Below, piece by piece: positions 20,008 to 31,038 of a stretch of 64,000 bases of DNA (the stretch's first letter is position 1; each line of letters opens with the position of its first letter). The DNA comes from an uncultured Gammaproteobacteria bacterium (GTDB lineage Bacteria; Pseudomonadota; Gammaproteobacteria; CAWCPV01): the NCBI GenBank assembly GCA_963797555.1, contig CAWCPV010000009.1:1-64000 (forward strand). The letters are read 5' to 3'. The position numbers and the translations under genes were made by a program. The notes beneath the pieces were generated by a model, which was given only the letters and a program-made list of their open reading frames with translations, ran no database searches and was not told where the DNA came from.

Positions 20008-20238
20008 ATGAGTGCGCTGATAATCCTTCTCGGGACCAGGGTGCGCCACCATGCCCGGCCTGTCGAGTTCGTGCGCGTCTGGTGTCCATACTGTGAGAGC
20101 ATACATTGCCACTCCAGCACCTGCGACGGATACGGCGCCCGCTGCCCGGCCACCGAGCGCGATTATTACGTCCGCATCGCCTACTGGAAAGTCGAACGGA
20201 CGGCTGCGGCGGAGACCGAGACGGTGCCGTATGCATGA
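20008..20238 (+). CDS. Small hypothetical protein, possibly Zn-binding
   Basis: AGGAGG upstream of the ATG. WCPYCESIHCH...RCP pattern. Confidence 0.45.
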   Translation: MSALIILLGTRVRHHARPVEFVRVWCPYCESIHCHSSTCDGYGARCPATERDYYVRIAYWKVERTAAAETETVPYA

Positions 20239-20327
20239 GGGATGGGGCGCCGCGCTCTGCAGAGGCTGAAACCGGGGAGGGTCCTGCAACAGGTCTGAAT
20301 TCGCATGCCGACCTGGACCCGCCACCC

Positions 20328-20777
20328 TCACACCTCGACGAGGTCCGCATGACCGAATCCACGCTCGTAGTCGATGACCGAGATAAATACCGGCGTCAGC
20401 TTGATAATGGCGACCTCTTCGGGCTTCACGGCCTCTGCGATACGCGCCATTTGGGGAAACTTCTTCAGCAGCAGCCCCATAGGACGCTTGATTTGGCTCG
20501 GATCGGTCAGAATATCTGCTGTCGCTGCCATTGAGAGCCCTTTTATCTGGCTCCAGTCGCCGTAGTCGTGGTCGACGGTTAGCGAAACCTTGTTGCAACG
20601 GCGGATGTTATGGACCTTCTGGCTGTCCTTGCCGGTGGGAAAGTAAAGGGTTAGCCCGTCACTGGCGTACGTGACCGTGGTAGCTTGGGGATAACCGTCT
20701 TCGCGGAGGGTGGCGAGCGTCAGGATGTTATGGGCCTTGAGCAGATCCAGAATCAAGTGCTCTAGCTTCTCTTCCAT
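20328..20777 (-). CDS. Pyridoxamine 5'-phosphate oxidase-like FMN-binding protein
   Basis: LTLATLREDGYPQATTV...SQKVHNI...VSLTV...IKGLS...SVIDYERGFGH. Confidence 0.88.
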   Translation of the reverse strand: MEEKLEHLILDLLKAHNILTLATLREDGYPQATTVTYASDGLTLYFPTGKDSQKVHNIRRCNKVSLTVDHDYGDWSQIKGLSMAATADILTDPSQIKRPMGLLLKKFPQMARIAEAVKPEEVAIIKLTPVFISVIDYERGFGHADLVEV

Positions 20778-21035
20778 CGAGCTTCTCCGTTGTTGGTTTT
20801 CTGCGGGACCCGCACGTATTACGCCCAGGGCCGCCTAGGGAACTGGAGCCCGAGGCCGCGCCGGGCGGTGGGCGGTCGCGCATCTCGCTAAACGTCTAAG
20901 GGTGCGCCGGACAGCAGTGCTGCGATCTCGAAGCGCGATCGGAACCCCACGGCACCTCGAGGTGCCGAACATGACTCGTCGTGACTGGATGCATGCCATC
21001 ATGCACAGTTGGTGAACGGGGAAGGAGTCGTTCGA

Positions 21036-22229
21036 TGATGCCGAGAAGTCCCGTGGGTATGCTGATCCTGTTTCTGTGCCTGATGGGGTCCACCAGTGAG
21101 GTGCCGGCCCGTATCAAGCTTATCACTCTGCCGGTCCGGGAGTATGTCGCGATCGAGTTCGACCACCCCGACGTGACCCTGGTGGAGGAGGAGCGCGTGG
21201 TCCCTCTGCTAAAGGGGGTCAATCAGGTGGATTTCTCGTTCGCCAACACGCACATCGACCCCGAGACACTGGTGTTCCGCGTCGTGGCGCCGGTGGGGAT
21301 CGACGCCTTTGGGGGTGAAGGTCCTGTCGGTGAGCTATCCGCCGGGCGAGAACGCCTTGGTGTGGTCCGTGTATGCCAGCGGCTCCGGGGCGGCACGGGT
21401 GCGTATCAGTTATGCGCTGGGCGGACTGGACAAGGACTTCCACTACCGCGCCGTCGCAGCCCACGACGAGAAGGTGCTCACCCTCTTCCAGTACATGCGG
21501 GTGAACAACAATGCCAACGAGGAGTACGAGTCCGCGAGCCTATGGCCCGGGTTTGGGGAGCGCTTCGTTAACGCTTTGGGCCTCGACGAGACCAAGGAAC
21601 TGCTCGTAGGGAAGTATACGCAGGTTCCTATCCAGAAGACGTACAGCTGCAATCCGACCGAGTATGGGTACTTGGTTCGTGCCCAGGACAAGTTGAATGT
21701 GCCTATGCACTATGTGCTGAAGAACGATGCGGCGCACGGCCTGGGTCGGGCCGCCTTGCCGGTCGGTAAGGCGCGTATCTTCCAGGATGACGACAAGGCG
21801 GGGACGGCTTTCATCGGTGAGGACTGGGGGAAGTTCACCCCCCTGGACGAGGAGCTGCGGCTCTACCTGGGGCTTGCCCGCGACGTGGTCGTGAGGCGCA
21901 CCGTGGAGCACAACGAGCGTAGCCGCATCGCCGCGAATCTATATGACTACGACGTTGTGGTGAAGCACGAGATCGAGAACTTCAAGGACAGTCCGGTCAC
22001 CTTGGATGTTGCGGAAGACATTCGAGAACTGCGGAGCGAAGCACACGGGGACACGTCGCGGGACCCGGAGTAGCAGGTTGCCACGGGTACCACTCTGGGT
22101 GAGCCCGACCCGGAGAGGACCAACGCGGGCCGCCTGCTCTTCCACGTGGGCCTACCGGCGCGGGCTCACTCGGGCAAGGCGCAGAAGGTGGTCCACCGCC
22201 TCCACCTAACGCTGAAGAACGAGTGGTGA
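21036..22229 (+). pseudogene. DUF4139-like secreted protein, disrupted
   Basis: Signal peptide, then RIKLITLPVRE...GVNQVDFSFANTHIDP, paralogous to the next gene. Frameshift near 21300-21315 and an in-frame TAG at 22071-22073. The frame stays open to TGA at 22227-22229, which overlaps the next gene's start region. Confidence 0.7.
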
Positions 22230-22234
22230 CGGCC

Positions 22235-23680
22235 ATGGACGCAAGACCCTACGCCACCCTGGTAGTGTGCCTCGCGGCTCTGCTGGGTGGAGGCCCCGCG
22301 GCGGCCCGCAACGTCGATCTCTCCACCGTACCCGAGCGCGCCACGGTGCAGCTCACCATCTACAACTCCGAGGACCTGACCTTGGCGCGAGAGACGCGGG
22401 TGGTCACCTTCAAGAAGAGGATCAACGCCCTGCAGTTCTCGTGGGCGAACACGCTCATCGACCCAACGTCGGTGGAGCTCAAGTTCCGCACGCACGGGGA
22501 TCGGCTGGAGATCCTGGACACCACGTTCCCCCACGACAAGCCGCAGATGCTCTACTGGAATGTCCGTAGCGATGCCGAACTGGAGACGCAGATCGAGATC
22601 AGCTATTTCACTTCCGGGATCATCTGGTCTGCGGACTACCTCGCCATCGCGGATGGGGACGAGCAGCGCCTCCGCCTGACCGGCTTCGTGCGCGTGTTGA
22701 ACCGCTCCGGCGAGGAATATCAGAACGCTCAAGTGAGGCTGGTGGTGGGGACCATCAACTTGGTAGAGAAGATCGCCCAGCTCGCCCGGGTTCCAGTGGG
22801 AGCGGTGAAACAGCTGGAGGGGGCTCGGTTCCAGGCGCTGCGCAAAAGCGCCGCTCGGGATATGATGCTGCGGGAAGAAGCAGTGGCGGGGGCGATGCCC
22901 GCCGCACCCGCGCCGCCCCTGACCCGGCCCAAGGCGATCTACAAGGAGGGCCTGTCCGAATACTTCATTTACACCATTGAAGGCACAGAGACCGTGCCAG
23001 ACGGCTGGGCCAAGCGCCTCCGTAGCTTCGAGGCGAGCGACGTGCCTCTGGCCGTCGAGTACCGGTATCGGGAGCGGGAGTACGGAGACGAGTTGGTGCG
23101 CCTGTATCTGCTCACCAACGATACCGATTCCAAGCTAGGCACCACGCCGCTGCCCGATGGCACGGTGCGCGTGTTCCGGGACAACGGGCAGGGTGGGCTG
23201 ACCTACCTGGCCAGCCAGCCCATCAAGTACGTGCCCATCGGCGACCGCATCGAGCTGAACCTGGGCCCGGACCGGGAGGTAGTGTTCGATGAGGTGAAGC
23301 TCCGGGTGTTCCGAGGCGAGATCTGGATGCTTTACACCAAGGGTAACCTGTATCGCAGGGTCGGGGATGCGGGCCTGCGTCTGGAGCTGGACAGCACCGT
23401 GGCCGGCTGGGACGAGCACCAGGTATTCGGCCAGCGCATCCGCAATTACACTGGCAAACCCATCCGGGTGGAGGTGCGCCGCCAGTATGACGGGGACGTG
23501 ACCTTCCGCAGCCTGCTGACTCCCAAGCTGCACGACTATCGGATGGTGGAGCTGACGACCACGGTCGGTGCCGGCGAGAGGGCCGAGCTGCACTACGAAA
23601 TCATCCGGCGCAATGGATACAACGCGAAGCAGAGCCGTGTGGTGCTGGAGGCCGGCGTGCCGCGCATGAAACCGTCCTGA
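22235..23680 (+). CDS. DUF4139-domain secreted protein
   Basis: Signal peptide ending AAA. VQLTIYNSEDLTLARETR, SYFTSGIIWSADY, LPDGTVRVFR. Confidence 0.8.
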   Translation: MDARPYATLVVCLAALLGGGPAAARNVDLSTVPERATVQLTIYNSEDLTLARETRVVTFKKRINALQFSWANTLIDPTSVELKFRTHGDRLEILDTTFPHDKPQMLYWNVRSDAELETQIEISYFTSGIIWSADYLAIADGDEQRLRLTGFVRVLNRSGEEYQNAQVRLVVGTINLVEKIAQLARVPVGAVKQLEGARFQALRKSAARDMMLREEAVAGAMPAAPAPPLTRPKAIYKEGLSEYFIYTIEGTETVPDGWAKRLRSFEASDVPLAVEYRYREREYGDELVRLYLLTNDTDSKLGTTPLPDGTVRVFRDNGQGGLTYLASQPIKYVPIGDRIELNLGPDREVVFDEVKLRVFRGEIWMLYTKGNLYRRVGDAGLRLELDSTVAGWDEHQVFGQRIRNYTGKPIRVEVRRQYDGDVTFRSLLTPKLHDYRMVELTTTVGAGERAELHYEIIRRNGYNAKQSRVVLEAGVPRMKPS

Positions 23681-24012
23681 TCGGCTCCCCACAGTGCGGT
23701 GGCGACCGCGAACAATTCGCTGTGCTGGAGCGAAGCCACCGACGCCCCGGTGCCGAGATCTTCGCGTGGGACCCGGTCTGCACAGGATTAGGGCTAGGGC
23801 GCGGCGGGACGACTTGACCGCTCGCGGCGTCCACCTGCCAAGGTCCCGGCGGGCCGAGGTGTACGCTTTTGCAGATGGCGGTCTCCAGCGTCCCGCCTCC
23901 GTAGCAGACTCCGTACCTCTCGTCGCTGCCTCGGCGTGCCCGAAATGGGTGAAGGGCGAATACAGTTCGTGCGAACTGAGTGCAACACGTGGTGCCTACA
24001 CACGGTTCGACG

Positions 24013-25284
24013 CTATCCCACACCCCACCATCCGACGGCGATGCCGACGAGAGATAAGGCCAACAGTGCCAACGCCGGGGCGCGGGCTTGGCGCCACCCG
24101 GCGAAGGCCAGGGCATAGCCGGCCTTGAGGATGTTGTTGGAGGAGGCCGCAACGAGTATGGCCACGGCCATCGGCTCGATTCCGAGCCCCGGTACGCTGC
24201 CCTGCGCCAGGCTGAGGACAAAGGGATCGATGTCGGTGATACCCACCAGAGCTGCGAGAGAGTAGATCCCCGCATGGCCGAAGTGCGTCTTTACCCACAT
24301 GGACCCCAAGGAGATGACCACGAAGAGCGTGGCGAACAGCAGGGCAGTACTCAGCTCAAGGGGGTTGGCCGGGCGATGGGCGGCGCGGCCGGCGCTCCTG
24401 CTGGTCCGCTCTCGCCAGTAAAGCGCGGCTGCCATGCCGAGCCCCAACGCGTGTAGCCCGGCCAATGCCGGTGCGAGGGCCAGGGCGAGGGCATTGTTGA
24501 ATACGGCGACGACCACGCCCAGACGCAGATACATGACGGCGGTGGCCAGCACGATGGCGGCGCGAAGATCCCCGCCGCTGTCCGCGTGGTCGGGCAAGCG
24601 ACGCGCCAGCACGACGGTCATGGCGGTCGAAGAATAGAGCCCCCCGAGGACGGAGGTGAGCAAGACGCCCCGTGCCGGCGAGATATAGCGTTGTACGAGA
24701 TAGCTTCCGTACGAGAGCGACGACACGACCACGACGGCCAGCCAGACCTCATAAGGAGTGACGTTCGTGAGGTGGGTGACAGGTCGGTTTGGTAGGAGGG
24801 GCAAGATAATGCCGGTAAGGATGAGGAACTTGCCGGCGGTTGCGATCTCGTCGCCGGGAACGCGGTGCGCCAGTCGGTGCAGTTGCTCCCTGGCGCCGAG
24901 GAAAAGCACGGCGCTCACCGTTACGCCGACGGCCACCCAGGGTGGCTCCACCAAGGCGACGGGCCCGAGCATGTAGGCGAGCAGATTGCACAGAGGGACC
25001 AGAATCTCGGCCCCCAGAGGGGCGGATTCGCTCGTCGCAAACTGCTGGCGGTAGTATGCAAACAGCCAGGCTCCCAGGACCAACAGCCCCGCCGTGAAGG
25101 CCAGCGTGTGGACCGTGTCCACCGCGTAGAGGCCAAATCCCAGCAAGGAAAGAAGGGGGAAGGTGCGCACGCCACCGGGGATGTCTTCCAGCCGCTCCTT
25201 GTAGAAACCTTCGAAGGCGAGCCCAAAGAAGAACGAAAGTCCGAGCATCAGGACTAGGTTTTCGAGGGGCAGGCTCGTCTGCAT
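24013..25284 (-). CDS. MgtC/SapB-family membrane protein with DUF4010
   Basis: GGVRTFPLLSL, ILPLLPN, GGLYSSTA and GITDIDPFVLS, with many transmembrane helices. Confidence 0.88.
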   Translation of the reverse strand: MQTSLPLENLVLMLGLSFFFGLAFEGFYKERLEDIPGGVRTFPLLSLLGFGLYAVDTVHTLAFTAGLLVLGAWLFAYYRQQFATSESAPLGAEILVPLCNLLAYMLGPVALVEPPWVAVGVTVSAVLFLGAREQLHRLAHRVPGDEIATAGKFLILTGIILPLLPNRPVTHLTNVTPYEVWLAVVVVSSLSYGSYLVQRYISPARGVLLTSVLGGLYSSTAMTVVLARRLPDHADSGGDLRAAIVLATAVMYLRLGVVVAVFNNALALALAPALAGLHALGLGMAAALYWRERTSRSAGRAAHRPANPLELSTALLFATLFVVISLGSMWVKTHFGHAGIYSLAALVGITDIDPFVLSLAQGSVPGLGIEPMAVAILVAASSNNILKAGYALAFAGWRQARAPALALLALSLVGIAVGWWGVG

Positions 25285-25639
25285 GGCGGCGCTCTTTGGG
25301 TTTTCGGAGACCTAAATATTAGTCGACGCGATCGGACATGAATCCGACGACGGGGCGAAAAGGCTGGGCAGTTGGTCGGCTGCAACGCATCTGCCACGCC
25401 GACATCTCCCCTGGCTTGACCCCGCACCGGCCTTCAAGGGGCTTCGGACAGACCGAAACGGAACGGGCCCCGCGCCGAGTTGGCGCTCCGCCGGAGGGGC
25501 GATGGACTCTGATCGGGGAGGCGACAGCGGGAACAAGTTCACGGGCACTGCCCGGTTCGTGGACGCGGGGGAAGCCATCCTTGGCGGCGCATCGCGCACC
25601 GCCAATCCTGGCGGCCCCGCCGTTATTTCGAGCACATGG

Positions 25640-26070
25640 TGGCTGCAAGAGACGCGCGGGCACAGACGACGGGGCCGATAGACTGGCTGAGCTGCCCTGG
25701 CGCAGGCGCGTGATCTCGGCCGCGCGCGTGCGGAACGGGCTGCCGGGTACCGCTACGTGCGCTTCGCGGACAGCTTCCACGACTATCCCGCCGGGACCGC
25801 GGTGTTCGACGACGGAGTCGTGTGCGGGTACCCAAGATCGGACGACTCCTACGCCTCGATAGCGGTGTGCGGGCTCAGTTCCACCAGTCCTTCTCGGTCG
25901 AGGACAAGGTCCACGGCTACAACGTCAGGGTATCCAGCCGCCGGGGTCGGGTGCTGGCAGTCATACGGCAGGGCCGCATCTGTCCATTCACCACGGACCG
26001 CATCCACGACTTGGTCGATACCCGGGTGTTCGATGCGTGGTCCGACGACCTCGGGCGCCAGAACCTTGAA
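25640..26070 (+). pseudogene. Remnant of a Pab1020/Rnl3-family ATP-dependent RNA ligase
   Basis: Across frames: YRYVRFADSFHDYPAGTAVF...GYPKIGRLLRL...FSVEDKVHGYNVRV...VIRQGRICPFTTDRI. This matches the family pattern EEKxxGYNVR...TRGGxICPFTT. Confidence 0.7.
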
Positions 26071-26469
26071 GGCGACCCAGTCACCGGCCTACACGCCCCG
26101 TGTGGTGAGAGGCTGGGCTGCAAACCTCAGAAGCAGCACGCAAGGCCCCGGGGCGGTCTGGAGATCGGACAGAGCGGTGCGGCCGATGCCACGCCGCCCG
26201 CGCCTGGCACGTGAGTTCAGAAGCGTGCTCCTTGTCGTCCCGTAACGGTCCGCCTTGAGGGCGGTCTGCATGGTACCGCGTCTTGCCCGGGCGGCCGCGC
26301 TCTCCGGGGTTATGCAGCAATCCGCCCCAAGCGCGCGGCGCGAGCCGAAGCTTAGCGTTCCAGTGCCGAAATGCGGCCGACCCGGCCCAGAGCAGCGGCC
26401 GTCTGTTGCGCTCGGGTGCCCGAATGGGTAACGTGCGTCGCCGACATCTTGCCGCATCTCGGGGGTCCC

Positions 26470-26745
26470 GTGGCAACCATCCAGGTCAGGCGCTCGCACC
26501 GATTGAGCAAGGAGGCGGCAAGGGAAGTGGCCGCCAGCGTAGCGGAGCAACTCAGGAAAGATCTCGGCATCGCGTATCGCTGGGAGCATGACCGCCTGCA
26601 TTTCTCCCGCCCGGGCGCGATCGGATCTATTGACGTGGAAGAGACAGAGGTTCGGGTGAGTGTCACCCTGAGCTGGGTGTTGGCGCCCCTGAAATCGGAG
26701 ATCGAGCGGCAGGTCGAGGATTACCTTCACAGCCATCTCGACTGA
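26470..26745 (+). CDS. Polyhydroxyalkanoic acid system family protein
   Basis: MATIQVRRSHRL...YRWEHDRLHFSRPG..GSIDV...VTLSWVLAPLKSEIE. GTG start. Confidence 0.85.
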   Translation: MATIQVRRSHRLSKEAAREVAASVAEQLRKDLGIAYRWEHDRLHFSRPGAIGSIDVEETEVRVSVTLSWVLAPLKSEIERQVEDYLHSHLD

Positions 26746-26877
26746 GAGATGCGGGTGGGCCCTCGCGCACCGGCGCGGGGCGCCATGCGGCTCGCCCGAG
26801 AGGCGAGCGAGCCCGGCGCTACACCGCCAGGGGCGGGCTGTCAGCCCGCCCCGAGTGCCGCTGGTTGGTTCGGGACC

Positions 26878-28272
26878 CTACTTGCAGAGGCCCTTCGGAC
26901 TGCTCCTGTAGCACTTGTTGTTCTTCCAGGTGTTGGCGGTGCCGGCGCTGCCGCTGCCGCTGGTATCGTCGACGGCGTCGGGATCTCCACTGTCGTCGAT
27001 CCGGTTATTCTTCAGCTCATTGTCCTCCCCGTGGAAGACATGTATGCCGTCCGTGCCGCTCGTGTCCACAGAGTTGTTTCGGATCAGGTTGTCGTTCGGC
27101 GTCGACGCAGCGGAAGTGGGGTCGAAGTTCGTCAGGCTGATCCCGGTCTGGCGGCTGTTCATGACCCAGTTGTCGTGGACGAAATTGTCCTGTGTGGGCG
27201 ATATGCTCGGTGTGCATCCGAGCTGACCACCGAAGTAGAGCCCGATGAATTGCAGGCTAATGCCGTCCACGCCACTGCCGTCGATCTCGTTGTTGTGCAC
27301 GTGGGCGCCTGGGTTGTCGGCCATCGTTATGCCCAGATCGCCCATCCTCACCACATTGTTGTGCACGTGGGCGGAGCCGGCACAAAACAGGATAATGTTG
27401 CTTCCCGCCCCAGCGTCCACGTTCGGACTCGCGTTCTCGTTGACGATATTATTCATGACCTGACCATCCGCCCCGCGGGACAGCTGGATACCGTTCGGAG
27501 CCCAGACTCGCGCCGGCATCGGACCGAGCACCACGCTGTGGGCGACGTTCAGGTGTACTCCGCCGCCGTCGCCCTCGATGCCCGTGCGCGTGTAGTTCTG
27601 CACCACGGAGTCCGCCACGTTCACGCTGGCCGACGCCGTCGCCGACCCGACCAACAGCCCAATGCCCTGCGAACTGCCGTCCAGGTCACGGATATTGAGG
27701 ACCTTGACGTTTTGGATGTCCCCATCGGTGTCGGTATACCGGATGCCGTAGACGGGGTCGCCCGCCATCATTGATCTGCCGTTGACGGTGAGGTGGCTGA
27801 TGTCCACCCGTCCCGCATCCAGCACCCCGATGATGGGCCCGGCCGTGTCGCCGGCACCGGTGACGACGGTCTTGCCGGTACCGTCGCCGGTGATCTGCAG
27901 ACTGTTGCCGGGACCGATGCTGATATCCTCCGCATAGGTGCCCTCACACACGTGGATCTCGTGAACGCCGGGCAGCAAGGCGGCAGCGTCGACCGCATCC
28001 TGGATGGCGGTGTACTGCGCTCTCGGGCACTGCACCCGATTGTCGTCGACCTCCAGCACGCCGCGGGACCGCGCCGGGAGCGCCGGCTTCGCCGCAAGTG
28101 CGGTAGTCGGGTGCCGAGGCGCAGCGAGCTCCTGGCCAGGCGGTGGGATGAAGGGATCGGCGATCGGGACAGCAGGCGCACCCATTGCGCCAGCACTTCC
28201 GCCCAAGGCCGCTGCCAGCACAGCGCAGGTCACTTCCCAGGTCCACATGAACTTCTGCGATCGTGCACTCAT
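26878..28272 (-). CDS. Secreted right-handed beta-helix (pectin-lyase-like) protein
   Basis: Signal peptide, YTAIQDAVDAA..VCEGTYAE cap, and repeated GI..N.V..N motifs. Confidence 0.82.
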   Translation of the reverse strand: MSARSQKFMWTWEVTCAVLAAALGGSAGAMGAPAVPIADPFIPPPGQELAAPRHPTTALAAKPALPARSRGVLEVDDNRVQCPRAQYTAIQDAVDAAALLPGVHEIHVCEGTYAEDISIGPGNSLQITGDGTGKTVVTGAGDTAGPIIGVLDAGRVDISHLTVNGRSMMAGDPVYGIRYTDTDGDIQNVKVLNIRDLDGSSQGIGLLVGSATASASVNVADSVVQNYTRTGIEGDGGGVHLNVAHSVVLGPMPARVWAPNGIQLSRGADGQVMNNIVNENASPNVDAGAGSNIILFCAGSAHVHNNVVRMGDLGITMADNPGAHVHNNEIDGSGVDGISLQFIGLYFGGQLGCTPSISPTQDNFVHDNWVMNSRQTGISLTNFDPTSAASTPNDNLIRNNSVDTSGTDGIHVFHGEDNELKNNRIDDSGDPDAVDDTSGSGSAGTANTWKNNKCYRSSPKGLCK

Positions 28273-28644
28273 GGCTCCCCCCGCTCTCCTCAGGCATGGA
28301 CATCAAGTATTGCATACCGGGCCGACGGCGTGCTCCTCCTGCCGGCTCAGAATTTCAAGCCTCGGGCCCGGTTTCGCCCGGCAGCGGTGGCGTCGCGGGC
28401 GTGCGCTTGTCGGGTCGATGGGGGTTGGAGGAAGCCCAGCACCGGGGTGGACGCTAACCACCATGAGGGCAGAGTCCGATGTTGGCGAGGCCGGCGTGCG
28501 GCTCCGGTGGTTTTCGGGCGTCACGGCGGCCGGGCTTTCGCCGAGTCCTGCGGGCTCGCTAAACTAATCATCTTCGACCGCTCGGCTCGCTGCGGTCGCG
28601 CAACGCTGCGGAGCCTCGACTCGACTGCACTAGCCGGATTACCC

Positions 28645-30060
28645 ATGGACAGCCATCGAACCGCTGAGTTCGTCGAGTATCTTTGGGAGCGCTCCGTTTT
28701 GCCGGCGCTCATCGGCTACATCGGGGTGCCGAACAAATCGCCGTACTTCGACTCACAGTGGGCGGAGCGCGGCTATATGGATCAGGCCATAGCGCTGGCG
28801 GAGCAGTGGTGCCGCGCCCAACCGATCGAGGCGATGCAGTTGGAGGTAATGCGTCTTCCCAGCCGGACACCGCTGCTCTACATCGACATTCCCGGTGTCG
28901 GCGGCGAGACCGTGCTCCTGTATGGTCACCTGGACAAACAGCCGGAGATGACGGGCTGGCGGCCTGGGTTGGGGCCTTGGACGCCGGTCGTCGACGGCGA
29001 TCGGCTGTACGGCCGGGGAGGCGCTGATGACGGCTACGCGGTGTTCGCGGCGCTCGGCGCCGTCCGGGCACTGGACGAGCAAGGCGTGCGGCACGCCCGC
29101 TGCGTGGTGATTATCGAATGCTGTGAAGAGAGCGGCAGCGACAATCTGCCGCCGTATATCGAAGCCCTTGCCGAGCGCATCGGGACGCCGGCCCTGGTCA
29201 TTTGCCTCGACTCGGGCTGCGGGAACTACGATCAGCTCTGGTGCACTACCTCGCTGCGGGGTATGGTGGGCGGCACTCTCACGGTCGAGGTGCTCACGGA
29301 GGGGGTCCACTCCGGGGACGCCAGCGGCATCGTCCCTTCCAGCTTCCGCATCGCGCGGAGGCTGCTGAGCCGCATCGAGGACGAGGCGACGGGCTGGGTG
29401 ATCCCGCCGGAGTTGCACAGCGAAATTCCCACGGAACGGGTACGCGAGGCCAGCTACGCCGGCCAAGTGCTGGGTGCAACGGTCGTCGGTAGATTCCCTT
29501 TCGGGGGGAGCACCCAACCGGTGTCGCTGGACCCTCAGGAGCTGATTCTGAACCGCACTTGGCGACCCGTGCTGTCGGTGACCGGGGCGCGCGGTCTGCC
29601 GGCTCTGGAGCATGCAGGCAACGTACTTCGGCCCTTGACGGCTCTGAAGCTATCGCTGCGTCTCCCGCCCACCTGCGATGCGCAGGCGGCCGGTGCCTGC
29701 CTGCAGGCCCTGCTGGAACAAGCTCCGCCGCACGGAGCCTTGGTGCGCTTCGAGCCGGAGCAGGCGACGAGCGGGTGGAACGCCCCGCCCTTCGAGCCGT
29801 GGCTGGTCGAGTCCGCCAATCGGGCCTCGCGGGCCTATTTCGGTAGGCCTGCGGTGTTCATGGGCGAGGGCGGGTCCATCCCGTTCATGGCGATGCTGGG
29901 GGAGCGCTTCCCCGAAGCCCAATTCCTCATTACGGGGGTGCTGGGCCCGCAGTCGAACGCCCACGGCCCCAATGAGTTCTTGCACCTTCCCACAGCGCGG
30001 CGACTGACCTGCTGCGTCGCTCAGGTGATAGCCGATCAATGGAAGACCCGCCACTCTTGA
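28645..30060 (+). CDS. M20-family metallopeptidase
   Basis: LYGHLDKQP, LYGRGGADDG, EESGS, GVHSG and NAHGPNE motifs. Confidence 0.93.
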   Translation: MDSHRTAEFVEYLWERSVLPALIGYIGVPNKSPYFDSQWAERGYMDQAIALAEQWCRAQPIEAMQLEVMRLPSRTPLLYIDIPGVGGETVLLYGHLDKQPEMTGWRPGLGPWTPVVDGDRLYGRGGADDGYAVFAALGAVRALDEQGVRHARCVVIIECCEESGSDNLPPYIEALAERIGTPALVICLDSGCGNYDQLWCTTSLRGMVGGTLTVEVLTEGVHSGDASGIVPSSFRIARRLLSRIEDEATGWVIPPELHSEIPTERVREASYAGQVLGATVVGRFPFGGSTQPVSLDPQELILNRTWRPVLSVTGARGLPALEHAGNVLRPLTALKLSLRLPPTCDAQAAGACLQALLEQAPPHGALVRFEPEQATSGWNAPPFEPWLVESANRASRAYFGRPAVFMGEGGSIPFMAMLGERFPEAQFLITGVLGPQSNAHGPNEFLHLPTARRLTCCVAQVIADQWKTRHS

Positions 30061-30139
30061 ACCGCGTTCGGCGCAGGCAAGTCCTGTGTGGGGGAGTGCG
30101 GTCTGGATGATGGGGAGGTTGAGACCGGTGGCACAGGAA

Positions 30140-30928
30140 ATGCCGACGGATGCGGACCGCTCGGGCGTGCTGACCTCGGAGCGGCGCCTGCGCTACAGCA
30201 GACAACTGCGTCTGCCGCAGGTGGGAGAGGACGGACAGGAGCGGCTCCTGGGTTCCCGGGTATTGATCATCGGCATGGGCGGCCTGGGCTCGCCCGCGGC
30301 GATGTACCTGGCGGCCGCCGGAGTGGGTCATCTGACGCTCAGCGACTTCGACCGCGTGGAGATCTCTAACCTCCAGCGCCAAATCGTCCACCGTGCCTCG
30401 GATCTGGGCAGGCTCAAGACCCAATCCGCCCGCGATAATCTGGTCTCCCTGAACCCCGAGGTCGGGGTCACTGCCATCGACTGGGAACTGGACGGCGAGG
30501 CTCTCCGCGATGAGGTGCGGCGGGCGGACGTGGTTCTCGACTGCAGCGACAATTTCCCGACTCGGTTCGCCCTCAATGGAGCGTGCGTTCGCGAGGGAAC
30601 CCCACTCATCTCCGCGGCGGTCATCCGTCTGGAGGGGCAGGTGACGACCTTCCTGCCGCGCGTGCCCCACAGCCCCTGTTACCGGTGCCTCTATCGCGAC
30701 GATAGTGACGGCGCAGCAGAGACTTGTGCTTCAGAAGGAGTCTTGGCGCCTGTGGCGGGTATCCTGGGATGCACCCAGGCCACCGAGGCGGTCAAACTGC
30801 TTCTGGGTATCGGGCAGACGCTGTGCGGGTACCTGCTGCTCCTGGATGCCGAGACGATGGATTGGCGCAAGGTGAGGCTGCACAGGGATCCCCATTGCCC
30901 CATCTGTGGGCACCCGGCCGAGTCTTGA
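30140..30928 (+). CDS. moeB: MoeB/ThiF-family adenylyltransferase
   Basis: RYSRQ, GMGGLG, DFDRVEISNLQRQ, DCSDNF, PCYRCL and C-terminal CPIC. Confidence 0.9.
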   Translation: MPTDADRSGVLTSERRLRYSRQLRLPQVGEDGQERLLGSRVLIIGMGGLGSPAAMYLAAAGVGHLTLSDFDRVEISNLQRQIVHRASDLGRLKTQSARDNLVSLNPEVGVTAIDWELDGEALRDEVRRADVVLDCSDNFPTRFALNGACVREGTPLISAAVIRLEGQVTTFLPRVPHSPCYRCLYRDDSDGAAETCASEGVLAPVAGILGCTQATEAVKLLLGIGQTLCGYLLLLDAETMDWRKVRLHRDPHCPICGHPAES

Positions 30929-31038
30929 CCCGCACGGGCTGATAGCGCGCGTTGCGCCTCGCCAATGGACGCGATCTCGGGCCGCTCGCGACGTCTTCTC
31001 ACGGGCTCCGAGCCCCTTCGCATCGCCAACGGCGCCGG

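Noticed and set aside
27793-28644. Long N-terminal extension of the 755-aa ORF
   Set aside because: It overlaps the opposite-strand beta-helix gene. M20 similarity starts at ATG 28645.
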